Shown here one piece after another: positions 1-11,999 of a stretch of DNA of 64,000 bases (positions are counted from its first letter, which is position 1; the number at the start of each line of letters is the position of its first letter). A model generated the notes under the pieces. The model was not told the origin of the DNA, did no database searches, and saw nothing but the letters and a program-made list of their open reading frames with translations. Source of the stretch: Eledone cirrhosa (taxonomy: Eukaryota). The translations under genes were made by a program, and so were the position numbers. The stretch lies in assembly GCA_964016885.1 (NCBI GenBank), contig OZ024742.1:85932001-85996000 (forward strand). Reading direction: 5' to 3'.

Positions 1-1228
1 CTTAACAGGATCCAGCCTGAGATGGAGAAGAAGCTCAGGGACAGCCAGAATGGCTTCAGAGAGGGTAGATCAACCACGAGTCACATCCTGATGCGGAGGA
101 GGATATTAGAGTGAGCTATGGCAAAGTGCCTTCCTGCGGTCATGGTTTTCATTGACTTTAGGAAGGCCTTTGATTCTGTGGACCGTTACTGCCTGATGAA
201 GATCTTACAGGCTTATGGAATCCCGAAGAAGATAGTGGACCTGATATCACATCAACACCAAAGCCCAAGTCATTACCCCTGATGGGATGACAGAGTTCTT
301 TGAGATACTGGCTGGAGTGCTCCAGGGAGATACATTGGCTCCCTACCTTTTTATCAACGTAGTGGACTATTGTATGCGCCTTGCACTGGAGAAACACCAG
401 GACTCTGGCTTTACTGTAGCACCGGCTCAGAGCAGGAGAGTTAGGGCGAAAAAGGTATCAGATGCTGAATTTGCCGACGACATAGTTTTGGTGACAAATA
501 CAGTGAAGGAGGCAGAGGATTTGATGCGGGAGGTTGAGACTGTGTCGATGAGTGTGGGGCTGAGAATGAATGAGACTAAAACAAAATATCTGGTAGAGAA
601 TGTTGAGAAGCCAGAGGGGATCACTAATGTAGGCGGGAAGCCGCTGGAATTGGTTGAGGACTTCCTGTATTTGGGAGCAATGATTGGGAATTCGGAGGAT
701 GATGCGGTTGAGAGGAAGAGCAAGGCCTGGGCGGCGTGACACAGCTTGAGATCGGTATGGAAGTCGGACCTTCGTAGAGACCTGAAAATCCGCCTCTTCA
801 TTGCTGTAGTGGAGTCTGTGCTGCTGTATGGACCTGAGACTTGGACACTGACCAAGAGACTCACTCAGATGGTGGATGGGTGCTACACGAGAATGCTGAG
901 GATGGCTCTGAACATTAAGCAGTATACACTGAGGATGAAAAACTCAGAGCTGTATGGGAGCATCCCAAAAGTCAGCTCAAAAGTGACACAGAGGAGATTG
1001 AGGTTAGCTGATCATGCTCACCGACATCCAGAGTTGACATTGCACTCAGTACTCCTTTGGGAGCCCCTACATGGACACACTAGAAGAGGAAGACCAAGGT
1101 TAACGTATGTTGATGCCCTAAGGACAGACACTGGTCTGTTGGAGATGCAGGACATGGCAGCGATAATGAGGGACAGAGACCGCTGGAGAGAATTCGTCCA
1201 TGGATCTCGGGAATTTTACCCGCCTTAG
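1..1228 (+). mobile_element. RTE-type LINE, 3' part of reverse transcriptase ORF, disrupted by stops/frameshift, cut by window start
   Basis: Translates to QNGFREGRST, FIDFRKAFDSV, GVLQGDTLAPYLF, FADDIVL, FLYLG, ESVLLYGPETW and RGRPRLTYVD, typical of RTE-group RT and C-terminus; ends directly in a (TA)n tract. Confidence 0.88.
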
Positions 1229-1232
1229 ATAG

Positions 1233-1263
<31 letters not shown>

Positions 1264-1268
1264 CATAT

Positions 1269-1311
<43 letters not shown>

Positions 1312-1506
1312 CATATATATATATAACATATATATATATATAACATATATATATATATAACATATATATATATATAACATATATATATATATAACATATA
1401 TATATATATATATAACATATATATATATATATATAACATATATATAAGAGAGAGAGTGAGAGAGAGAGAGAGAGGGGGGGAGAGCGAGAGGGGGAGAGAG
1501 AGAGAA

Positions 1507-1579
<73 letters not shown>

Positions 1580-1580
1580 T
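1229..1580. repeat. Compound microsatellite (TA)n / (TA)nAC / (GA)n
   Basis: Directly visible. Confidence 0.97.
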
Positions 1581-4089
1581 AACATATTTAGATATGGAAG
1601 ACGAATATTTATATGTAGATATATGCACATATATGTTGCTTCAAAATAAGAGCTGTAGCCTCACGTAACTGGAATATTCTTTTGGATAATAAAGACTTCA
1701 AAAAGCAGTAACTCAGTCACCAACAGCACCCGGAAAATCATTATGTTACCACTTACACGAGCACTCATGCTTCTGTACTAAGACCATCCGTGTTTTATTA
1801 CAGCATTACACTTTTCTAATTAATTACATTTGCAAACACGCCCTTATTCACACACAGACACACAGACACAAACACCCCCCCCCCCCACACACACACACAC
1901 ATACACACACACATATATATATAACATTCTTATATACATATCTAGAGATGGTAAATACTTTTGTAGTCTTACATTTGCCATCAACAATGATTAAAATACA
2001 CCACTCAAGAATATACGATTTGCAAAAGGAGGTGGCTGAAGTGTAAACCGAGCATGTGAGCTCTGTAGATTTCCAATCGATAGCACTGTACCGGGCTTGT
2101 GTTTCATGATGTTTCTAGAATATAGTAATATGTTGCATTATCATGTGTATCATTGTCAAGTTGAATCTGTATGCGTGACTGCAATTTCAATGACTATGAT
2201 TGTTCTAATATTAAGAATTGCCTTTTTTTTCAAAATAACTAGATATTCACTAATCATCTAATGTCAAATATATTTCTCTCATCACCAATATATTTCCTCT
2301 AAAAAACTATTTATATGTATTAGTGATCAATATCATAGCAATTTCCCTCAGTTCCCACTATTATGTTGTTTTTTTTGTTCGCTAACTGATGACTGAACTG
2401 AACAATTTTAAACTATTGCATTGCATCGGTTTTTCTGCAGGAGGATTGAGGTACTTTTTTAATTCTTACCTTAAAATGTATCCTTTACGATTGTTTCAAA
2501 TAGTTTATATACTATGATATTTTGTATGTTGTCTGCATAATTAATGTTTCTTGGATTCAGAGTAGATATATATTTTCTTCATCAGTGAGGGACACTTTCA
2601 ACAGATTATTGAATATTATTGTAAAACAACTCTGAAAGTATTTCGGATAGATATGTATAAGTGGTTCCCGGAGTATTATTCCTTTTATTATAGGTCGTTA
2701 TTTTATAATTTCCTTTCAAGTTTCACTCTAGATTCTAGAGTTGAGACTAATATGTGATACTCCTGACACGATTCGTACATAATAATAATTGTTTCTATTT
2801 ATTTCGCTATCAAAATGTTTTCTATTCTGGATTTTTGTTTCGCTTAACATTTGTAATGAATAACTTTGGGACGAAATGCTAACCGATCCCTTCAAACAGG
2901 TTTCTGCCTCTCTTAAAACGATGGTTTGTTTGCTATTCTGATAGTACGTGTCGATACAGACAAACTTGCATTTGCGATGCTTCGTTAATTTTTCTCACGT
3001 TTGTTTCCGTTTATGTAGATTCATCGGGAGTGTTACATTTCTTACGTTTCTATATTTTTTCTGTTTACTGTTTATTTGAGTGGCATTTATTGTGGAAACT
3101 GAGAATTTGTATTGACTACAGCGTGAACAGCATAAATTTCTGGGCCTACTGTGATTATAGTGAAGCCTTCGTCTCTTACCATATTTAGAATATCCTTCTA
3201 ACTAAAATAAAATTGTTGAATTTGAGTGTTGTCAGATACAATTTTCGTCATACCACTTAATCAGCTCCAATCAATTTAAGTTCTGTAGATTAGATTAGTT
3301 TGCAATAGCTGAATTTCGTGACATAACTTTTTCTGTTGTTTCTATTCGTGAATATAATTGGCTACAGTGTAACCGTATTGGGCATGTGGTATTTACCATG
3401 ATTTATATTTTTAGTTTGTATATTACGTTTCATTCATATATTATACATTTTTTATATTTTGCCTATTCTGTAGTGTGTTTGCATCTTTAGTTATTTCTAA
3501 ACTATGATTAATCTAATGCAGATACCGTAGGTGTATGTCTAATAGTATCAGCTTTCACGTAAAGTAAGTATAAAAAATATGAATTATAGTTAAAGACCTG
3601 TTGATTATGAGATTTGTTATCGTGCCTCTTTTTTAATATTTAACTTGTTATCACTGGATCTTAATTATAATTCCTTGGAACTTATTTATTGTACCCTTAT
3701 ATCTAACATATCTCTGTTCACCCCTATTCGAATATTCGTTCCTTAATATTGCAAGAAATTATTTCTTTTCTATTCTTATACGACAGTAATAGTTGCAGTA
3801 TCTATTATTTGCTGTGCCTACTAAATATGTAAGGCATAATCGGCAGAGAATAGAATTTGTTTACGTTTGGAATATCGTTGACATGTTTATTAAATATCTT
3901 GGTTACATCTGGAGGATGTGAAGTTTGAATTGAATTCAACGTTAATTAGTGATATCAAAAGTGCATTATAACATTTTAATATGCGTTTATATTTACTCTG
4001 CTCATGTGACATACCTTCCTCTCTAAATGTTATCTTTCATAAATGTTTGCCTTAAGTAGATAATCTGCAAATTATTTCAATGCTTTAGT

Positions 4090-5500
4090 ACAAGGTATAA
4101 CATATATTTTGCCAAAGTCGACAGAGAAAATAGCCCCCAACATTATTGTCCTATCCCTTGCCTTCTCATACAAAATGTTCACATCAATCTTGATTGAGAT
4201 TATCTACGAATTTATGGATGCAAATCATCTATTCCCTATTGAACAGAAAGTTTGTCGCTGTGAGTTAACGAGTGCAAAAACCAACCTCTCATTAGCAGCA
4301 TGATTCTGGTAAAATGTCATAAAAAGTATAGAAATCTGCGTACTTCTTGAATTGACTATAGAAAAGCATTTATCAGTGTTCCCACACATGGATTTCGAAA
4401 GCTTTTGATGTTTTGCAAATTTCCCTAGTAATATCAATCTTCCTGAAATACAACATGACTCTATGTAATACAAACCTATCATTGCAACACAGTGTTGAAA
4501 TTATATATTCCAACATCATAAGTATTAACTGTGATTCCTTTTCTCTTCTGATACTCTGCATTGCTTTCATAACGCTGTCTTTAGCAGTCAGCAAACCAAA
4601 ATATGGCTACACATATACAGTAAAAGTATACATCACCCATTTCATAAGGATGACCTAAAGATGTATGCCAAAGATGACAATGAACTGGAAGGACTGCTGA
4701 AGACTGTGAGGTTGTTCAATCATGAGATTGGACGACAAAACCAGGAAGATTTTGACCTAAAAGCAGATATAAATCACCTGTATCTCGCTAGACAAAATGG
4801 AGATAGAGGAATGATCCATGTAGGGATTACATTCAATCACAAAAGAAATCAGGAAGTTTGCAGAAGAACTGGGAATTCTGATTTTAAAAAAAGCTAATGG
4901 TGATTCTGCAATTAAAGCTGCAAAGAATATCAAAGTGTTGGCAAAGTATGAAAGTGAACAGAGTGCGTGCACTAAATAGGATCAAAGCCCACTGTATGGG
5001 TAGTATGTTATCTGAAGCAGATGTAGATCAAACAATCACTTATCAGTGTCTACGGTGATTTGGGCAAACGGCAGAGAGTGAGAGCTCTAATTTGCCTGCA
5101 AATGACCAGTGCTCCCCAACGTGCAACTTTCAAGCCAATATGATTAGTAATGGAACTGATCAAATGTGACAATGTTGTAGATGAACATGTTGTGATCATA
5201 GAAAACCGAGTTTCAGGCTTCAAGATGTTAGTTGCCGAGCAATATGAAACAAGCCATGATACAGTGGTGCAACACATACACTGGGTAATATGCAGGTTTT
5301 ATGGTATAAAAAGGGAGGAGAAATGGTACAATAATCACACAGATGCAGTAACAGGAATCGAGCACGCAACAATCCTCCTTGATTTCTCTCTGAATACTGA
5401 CAGAACAATCAACGCCAACAGACCTTGTATAATAGTGAAGGACCATGAAGAGAAAACATGTTTCTTAATTAACATGAACATTCCACCAGATCGTCATGTT
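4090..5500 (+). mobile_element. Heavily decayed R4/Dong-type non-LTR retrotransposon (RT to restriction-like endonuclease)
   Basis: Fragments HLFPIEQK, DDLK-like MYAKDDNELEGLL, KADINHLYLARQNGDRG, HIHWVIC, LDFSLNTDRTINANRPCIIV align by eye to the Dong copies at 29-33 kb. Confidence 0.8.
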
Positions 5501-5599
5501 CACCACTCTCATACCCTTTTCAACATACTTGCTGGAAAGCAGGGTTTACTTCACTGCCATGGTTTTCTCTTCAGCTAAAATCTGACTGCATTTCGAACC

Positions 5600-6400
5600 A
5601 ATAGAAGAGGGTGTAGCTATTTACTTGCAAGTCATAGCCAATAGCTTTATCCATCGTACATGTGGGCCCGTGTGTTCGAAATAAACCCACGATTCAACTT
5701 TGAATGAATAGTATTTCAGATAAAGATATCGTCACGCAGTGCCCATGCAGTGAACATTCGGCTGATAGCATTTCCATACCTCTATAGTATATCTGGAAAT
5801 GGCAATTCCTCCACAGCCATGTTAGTCCAAGGAATTATGGATGTTATCAATAGGACACGGACTAAAATGTTTCAGGAGCACAGCAGCTTGTTGATTGTCC
5901 TTTTCACAAAAAGTGACGCGAATAGCCTAATAAAATGTGTCTCACAATGATCACCTATATATTGCCGTAGTTAATTTTCCAATCGTCGCAGACCAGAACT
6001 GGTAGAAAGCTGTGAGTGCTTGATAATGTTGCAACTTCCAAGCGTTCCCTCTCGGAATTAGTCTGATTCAGGGATGCGTCTGTATCAAGGATTTGAGCTG
6101 GAGAAACGCATGCCTTGCAATCGATGAAGATAAATGTACATCATCTAGGAAGCGCTGAAAATGCCGAATCTTTAGTTCATTTATACGGATCACCACAAAT
6201 GCCATGCGAAACGGATCTTGGCAAGAGACAGTGCTGGTTCTGACTAATTAAATGCACCCCTTCCACAAAACAGCGGAATCATAGAATGTTAATTACTATT
6301 AGTAGTCGTTGTCGGTACATTAGCAACATCTCAGCCCATCTCAGGTTGAAATCCTTGCTCGTTAGCTTGTCCCATGTTTGTTAATCTGGAGGTCTGCACT
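5600..6400 (-). mobile_element. Possible very old L1-Tx1 ORF2 remnant
   Basis: Minus strand near 5900-5925 (ctttttgtgaaaaggacaa) resembles the FLWKG-coding segment of the Tx1 copies; GC-richer than flanks; otherwise unreadable. Confidence 0.3.
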
Positions 6401-7889
6401 AAAGAAGGCCCTGAGAAAATTGACCGATTCCTCCGTCCAGCCTCACACAAAACAATCTGATGACATGGAATTGTCTCTCCAAGTAACGAGCGATAGGCTC
6501 ATCGAATTTTCCTGTTTAATTTTCAGTCTTTTCAGCGCTTCTTATACACTAACCGTAATGCACAAAACTTAGATGTGTTTTGTACTTGGCACTACCACGT
6601 TGTCCTCATCACAATATGCCGACACGGATCCTCCACAGACTACTTGCCTGCCACGTCGGTATTTTTTAACTTTCGAAAGCTTTAATTTTGTCTAAAACGA
6701 TTTTATATTCAAACGTGTGAAATTCTTTACCCAGCTTCTACTTCACGTTAAACCTTTGGACAAGTTTCAATCTTGCTGGATGCCTGACGGTTGCGATGCC
6801 TGTTATATATTTCCAACTAATATTAACTTGAGTGAATATTTTTCAACAACCACATCATGTTTTCCTATATCTTCTATACAGCCATTTCAATTCAAACATG
6901 ATTAACTCAAATTTCAGTATGAGATGCTGAGCAGTGAACACAATTTGGTATATGTGCAAATCAGGATGAGAGGCATAATATATATATTTTTTCAATTGGA
7001 AATATAACAATTAATTTATCGAACCATCAACTTAAAAATTCAACACTTTCAAATTAACTGGTTAAATATATGTGATATCAGAAATGTAGTGAAACAAAAC
7101 CTTATCATTTCGATGTAATATCTTCCAGTTCTTTTAAAGAATAAAACCTATTGTTCTTCAAAATATCTATTATACCTATTGTTTTCAACAACTTTTAAGA
7201 GCTACTGTATTTTTATGGATTCGAGCAACACCACACGTTTATTAAAACGATTATAAAAACAAATACTTCTATACAGTCATAGCTCTAATATAGCAACATA
7301 TTTGCGAATATTGTTCAAAGAAACGTGTTATATCCATTAAAATCTAAACTCTAAAACAATATTTTCACACGAATGCAATTCTCACAAAATATAAATATAA
7401 TCTGAGTAACAACAAATATTATCTTGTTTCCACGGGTGTACATTCCCTATGCAATGATGCATTTTAATAAATACGTTATTTTATGGTTTAGTAACAAGAA
7501 AAAATCGTGTTTTTGTCTCGAAATTTGCAAGACTGGTATGGCAATAACGGGCATACAATAATAGACTAAAATGAGAGTTTCGATCCAAATGGTAACAATT
7601 CAATCGATTCCTCTCAAGGCAAAAATGATGTAGGTGAGTTTGTTTAAAGAAAACAAAAAAAAAACATATTTAGCACGAACATGTTTACAAACATATGGAG
7701 TAAGACTTCAAACATATTATTGAAAGGTATGTTAGTTGAATGCTTGTTTGTATTCAATATAATTTGCAGCAGTTTTTACAATGTTTGAGATTTGGTATAT
7801 GTTTTTAACTAGATATAATTCTTTGAACATGGGAAAAATGTTTGCATTTTATCCTGAATATTAAATGAAATTTTAAGGTAAACAAATCC

Positions 7890-8195
7890 CGGGGATTGTC
7901 CGGCTGCTTCCTCTTCACATCGGTCGCTGTCGAGACCACAGGCATAATTGTACCACGTACTGCTGAACACCACCGCAAGATCGGATCACGTATGGTGAAA
8001 GAGACCCACGAGATTGGCTGGCTGTTTCAGTCTGTATTGCTGGTGGGTGTCCGAGGAAATGCTTTTGCGGGCTTGTCCTAGGGGCGCAGCCTCATCAACT
8101 CCACGCGCAAGTCCTAGAGCCCATCACCCTCTCACCCTCTCTCTCATTCTGTGCGCTGAGAGCCCTTTCCCCCTCCCTTCAATTTCCGTATTTTA
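7890..8195 (+). mobile_element. 3' fragment of a CRE-like (RLE) non-LTR retrotransposon
   Basis: ORF 7896-8081 FTSVAVETTG...KIGSRM...E..WLFQ...VRGNA resembles the C-terminal F.P.A.ET.G...L.QR.....RGNA pattern of CRE-clade endonucleases; pyrimidine-rich putative 3' UTR follows. Confidence 0.6.
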
Positions 8196-9268
8196 AATAG
8201 CTGTATACTTGTTATTCGAAATACATTTGTCTATGTGTTTTTTTTCATATTTGTATTAATAAAACGTTTTAAGAAATTCTTTTCTAAAATCTCTTTTGGT
8301 ATATTTCCGCTAAACATATGATAGAGTGCTGTGATATATATTTTACGTAATACTATGAAATATTTTTTGTGTGTAATATAGTCGAATACTTAAGATTCTG
8401 CTATATGTGTATATCCTACTATGAATTTTTACATTTAATACATTTATGAAGCACAGAAGTTAAAAGGATAAGAAAAATATATTTCAATAATAAAATATTG
8501 AACCAAACAGCTGTTTTGAGAGACATACACTTGAATTAATGAGATGTATATTTTATTGCAATATTTGTAAATGTAGATTATTTAAAGTCATCTTACATTG
8601 TCTGTTGAATACAAATTAAATTCAAGTCGCATTGCAAATGTTATTATATATTGTAAATCCAATATTTAGTTATACTAATCTATATATACTCTAAATGCAG
8701 GCATAAATGTCAGCTCATTTCGGAATATACTTGCTTAATCTACATCCCTTGAATTAGAACTTTATGAACTTCAATGTCTTTTTATCAGTTTAAACCATTT
8801 CTGGCGTGTTGATACATTACATACCTTTTAAAATCCATGTGGTGCACTTCACAGTGCATATTACACGCATTAGAAATAATACAGCTTATATTAAGATATT
8901 CTTACCAAAAATGGTCATTTCATCATTTCATTTTCGAAATATAGCTTCAGAGAAGGACAATGTATTTTTCATCATTAAATGACGGTGAATTATTAAATCA
9001 TATTTTGACCTCTTTTTGTTCAAGTACTGTGCGTATTGCATTAATGTACTTAGCATGATTGACTGAAAACAATTTAGAGCATATCATATTAACTATACAT
9101 TAAGGAATGTGAAGTGCATTTCCTGATTAAAGTAGGTGATAATCAATTTCTTTCCATTCATTACCAACATTACTTCGGAATTTTGCTGTCCTGGTATATA
9201 CTATGGAATATAGCCGTTATGCATGCAACTACTGAAAATAATCATGTGTCATTACTTACTCAGTTTAT

Positions 9269-9480
9269 TGGCCGTATCGGTAGAGCGTCGGACACAATGC
9301 GTTGCGGTATATAGTTACGCCACTTTACTTTCTGTGTTCAAATCCCATCGAGGTTTGCTTTGCCTTTCATCTTTAACGAGTCGGTAATATAACGTACCAG
9401 TAATGAACTGGGGTCGATTTCATTGACTTTCCTCTCCTCTCAAAATTGATGGACTTGTGCCTGAATTAGATACCATAATT
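9269..9480 (+). mobile_element. tRNA-derived SINE, diverged full-length copy
   Basis: A-box-like tggccgtatcggtagagcg, B box gttcaaatcc, central gcctttcat...gtcggtaa...gtaccag block (MetaSINE-like), tail ggacttgtgcctgaattag; six other copies or pieces in the window. Confidence 0.85.
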
Positions 9481-9690
9481 TATTTGTGTTCCTTTCAATA
9501 TTCTTCGAGGAATTCAACTCATTCCCACGAGGGATTGAACGTTTCATTTCACATAATTGATCATACATTATGATTTCTATTTTTCGTACTGAATTTTCAT
9601 GCTTTTGTATTTAGGCACAAGCACAGAAAATGTTAGCCTTTCCTCACACTTTCACTCACTCACTCTTTGCTACTCCCTCTACTACTTCCG

Positions 9691-9947
9691 CCCGTTTGAC
9701 CTGTGGGAGATTCGTTCCTCACTCGCATTTCGACCAGGTCGAATGGTCTTTAATCTCACTCTTCTATGATTTCACAGAACTTATGTTCATCGATTTCAGG
9801 GACTTGACTCCTTCTTCCTCCCGTTTGACCTGTGAGAAATTCTTTCCTTACTCACATTTCGACCAGGTTTGATGGTCTTTATTCTCTCTCGTCCACAATT
9901 TCACAGAACTTTGTTCATCGATTTCAGGGACTTGACTCCTTCTTCCT
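9691..9947 (+). repeat. Two-unit tandem repeat of about 130 bp
   Basis: cccgtttgacctgtg...cagggacttgactccttcttcct starts at 9691 and again at 9821. Confidence 0.9.
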
Positions 9948-10140
9948 CACTTTTCATTGCATTACCATCTTTGATTGTTTACTCTCTCGCTCGTTCCCCC
10001 TATTTACGTGTCCCAACGACTTTCTGTAGCCGTTGCTCGCACCAACCGGAGGTATATGGTATTTAAAGCGATGAAATACCAATGAAGGTTGGAAGATCAC
10101 TGATGAAGGACTAAATTTATTCATATATATATATATATAT

Positions 10141-10315
10141 AGGAAGGAGTAGGACCCTAACGGCTGAGCTCAAGCCGTTTCGACGGCTAATTCTGGACTA
10201 ATATTGAGCTCAGCCCTCGGGGTCCTACTCGTTCCTATTACGCACTTTACTACCCAAAGTATTGAGTACTTTGGTGCGTTCGGGTCCATCTGGTTCCTTA
10301 CCACATTTCCTTCGT
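10141..10315. repeat. Structured inverted-repeat element between (TA)n tracts
   Basis: Arms aggaaggagtaggaccc..ggctgagctcaa and ttgagctcagcc..gggtcctactcgttcct; internal gccgtttcgacggc hairpin; second hairpin ccaaagta-ttgag-tactttgg. Confidence 0.8.
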
Positions 10316-10468
10316 TATATATATATATATAAGGAATATAAGAAAAACAGTAGAAGATAAACGGAAAAAATGAAACGGAATTTCATTTCTCACACTTAGT
10401 ACGGCTGTTACATAAATATAAGTATGTATACGTAAATACATATATGTATACAGACGTACAATAGTATG

Positions 10469-10519
<51 letters not shown>

Positions 10520-10651
10520 GTGAGGTTTTTTTTTACAAAATGAAAAATAACCGAGGTGTCCTACACGAGTGAAAGTATAAAGAAAAAGAGATGAAATCGA
10601 AAATGCAACTGAAGTCTTATTTTTTTTTCAAATATATATATATATTTGGTT

Positions 10652-10689
10652 CCTTTACCGGTTTCGCAGTTCTTCTGCTTTTCAAAAGG
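10652..10689 (-). ncRNA. Minimal type I hammerhead ribozyme motif, U3-A8 core variant (left arm)
   Basis: Reverse complement reads CCTT TTGAAAA GCAG AAGAA CTGC GAAA CCGG TA AAGG. Confidence 0.65.
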
Positions 10690-10759
10690 TGAGTTGAGAT
10701 GGAGGGTCTGTGGTTTTTCTGACATCTGAGAAAAACCACAGACCCTCCATCTCAACTCA

Positions 10760-10797
10760 CCTTTTGAAAAGCAGAAGAACTGCGAAACCGGTAAAGG
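10760..10797 (+). ncRNA. Minimal type I hammerhead ribozyme motif, U3-A8 core variant (right arm)
   Basis: Stem I CCTT/AAGG, core TTGAAAA in place of CTGANGA, stem II GCAG/CTGC, GAAA, palindromic stem III ACCGGT, GUA cleavage triplet. Confidence 0.65.
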
Positions 10798-10900
10798 AAC
10801 CAAATAAATATATATATATTTTTTTAAATATAAGACTTCAGTTGCATTTTCGATTTCATCTCTTTTTCTTTATATATATATATATATATATATATATTTT

Positions 10901-11079
10901 CATACATGCACACATATATATATGTACGTATGGATTCCTTTGTCAGTGTTGAACAAATGAGCAACGATGGTTGCTAGATACTGTAGGGCTTAATTCGGGA
11001 TGTTTGTTTACAAACACACCAGGCATTATAATAAATTTCGGTGAATCCATACGTACATATATATATGTGTGCATGTATG
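10901..11079. repeat. MITE-like element with 37-bp terminal inverted repeats in (TA)n
   Basis: catacatgcacacatatatatatgtacgtatggattc (10901-10937) and its reverse complement (11043-11079) around about 105 bp of unique sequence. Confidence 0.7.
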
Positions 11080-11113
<34 letters not shown>

Positions 11114-11467
11114 CATATTACTGTACGTCTGTATACATATATGTATGTACGTATACATACTTATATTTAAGTAGAAGATACTAATATGTTCTCATAAAAT
11201 AACAGCCAAACATGTATTTAAAAAAAAGCAATTAATTTCAGCAAAAAGTTGTTTAGGCTTATTCATGCTACGGGAAATATGAATAAAAAATATAGAATAA
11301 CATTAAGATGTATATGAATAAGAAGAGAGTATAAAAGAACATCTTTTTTCTCTCTGGCCTCCTTGGTTTGTTCCTTATTATTGTCTGACTGGTTGTTGAC
11401 TACAATTAATGTAGTAGTAGTGGAAGTGGTACAGGGAGGAAAAGGAGAAGAGAAAGAATGAAAAAAA

Positions 11468-11525
11468 CAAAGAAGAAGAAGAAGAAGATGAAGATGAAGA
11501 AGAAGAAGAAGAAGAAGAAGAAGGA
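11468..11525. repeat. (GAA)n microsatellite
   Basis: Directly visible. Confidence 0.95.
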
Positions 11526-11999
11526 AGTGTGTTAGTAACAATAGGGTTGTAGCATAGGAGGACGGGGGAGTCGAAGGATGAGAAGGAGAGGTAGAAGGCG
11601 ACGCCTTGGAAGTGTAGTAGCAATATTATTATTATTAGCAGTAGGAATAGAAGCTGTCCGTGGGACTCACCTTAAGATTGCCCTTAAAATTGACCTGAAG
11701 TATTGAATATTAATATACAACATCCTATTAAAATACAACTTAATTGTATTCTATACTTTTTAATCATATTTCCTGTTGCATGAAGTAGCATAAAAAAACA
11801 TTTGGCTGAAACTGGTACTATTTATTACCTTTTTTAAAATACATATTTTACTCTTATTCTATGAGAACATCTCATTAGCATGTTCTACTCTTTTTCTTAT
11901 TTTCCTAATATATATCAACTCATGTGTCATTTCTCAATATTCAAAATATAATACATATATATAACAATAATATATAAAGGAATACAGAATAACTGCTGC

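Larger units (their letters stand above)
10513..10874. mobile_element. Palindromic Penelope-like (pseudo-LTR derived) non-autonomous element in (TA)n
   Basis: About 60-bp unique leader then near-perfect inverted repeat 10576-10720 / 10729-10874 with 8-nt loop; hammerhead motif in each arm; second copy at 15269-15520. Confidence 0.7.

Noticed and set aside
1080-1630. Long YI/SL-rich ORFs on the - strand
   Set aside because: Translations of (TA)n and (GA)n microsatellites
9269-9350. tRNA gene
   Set aside because: A and B boxes continue into the SINE core and tail with no cloverleaf acceptor stem; it is a SINE head
9691-9947. CRISPR-like array
   Set aside because: Two long adjacent units with no spacers, in eukaryotic context
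11263-11623. Poly-Leu and poly-Ser ORFs
   Set aside because: Translations of the (GAA)n tract
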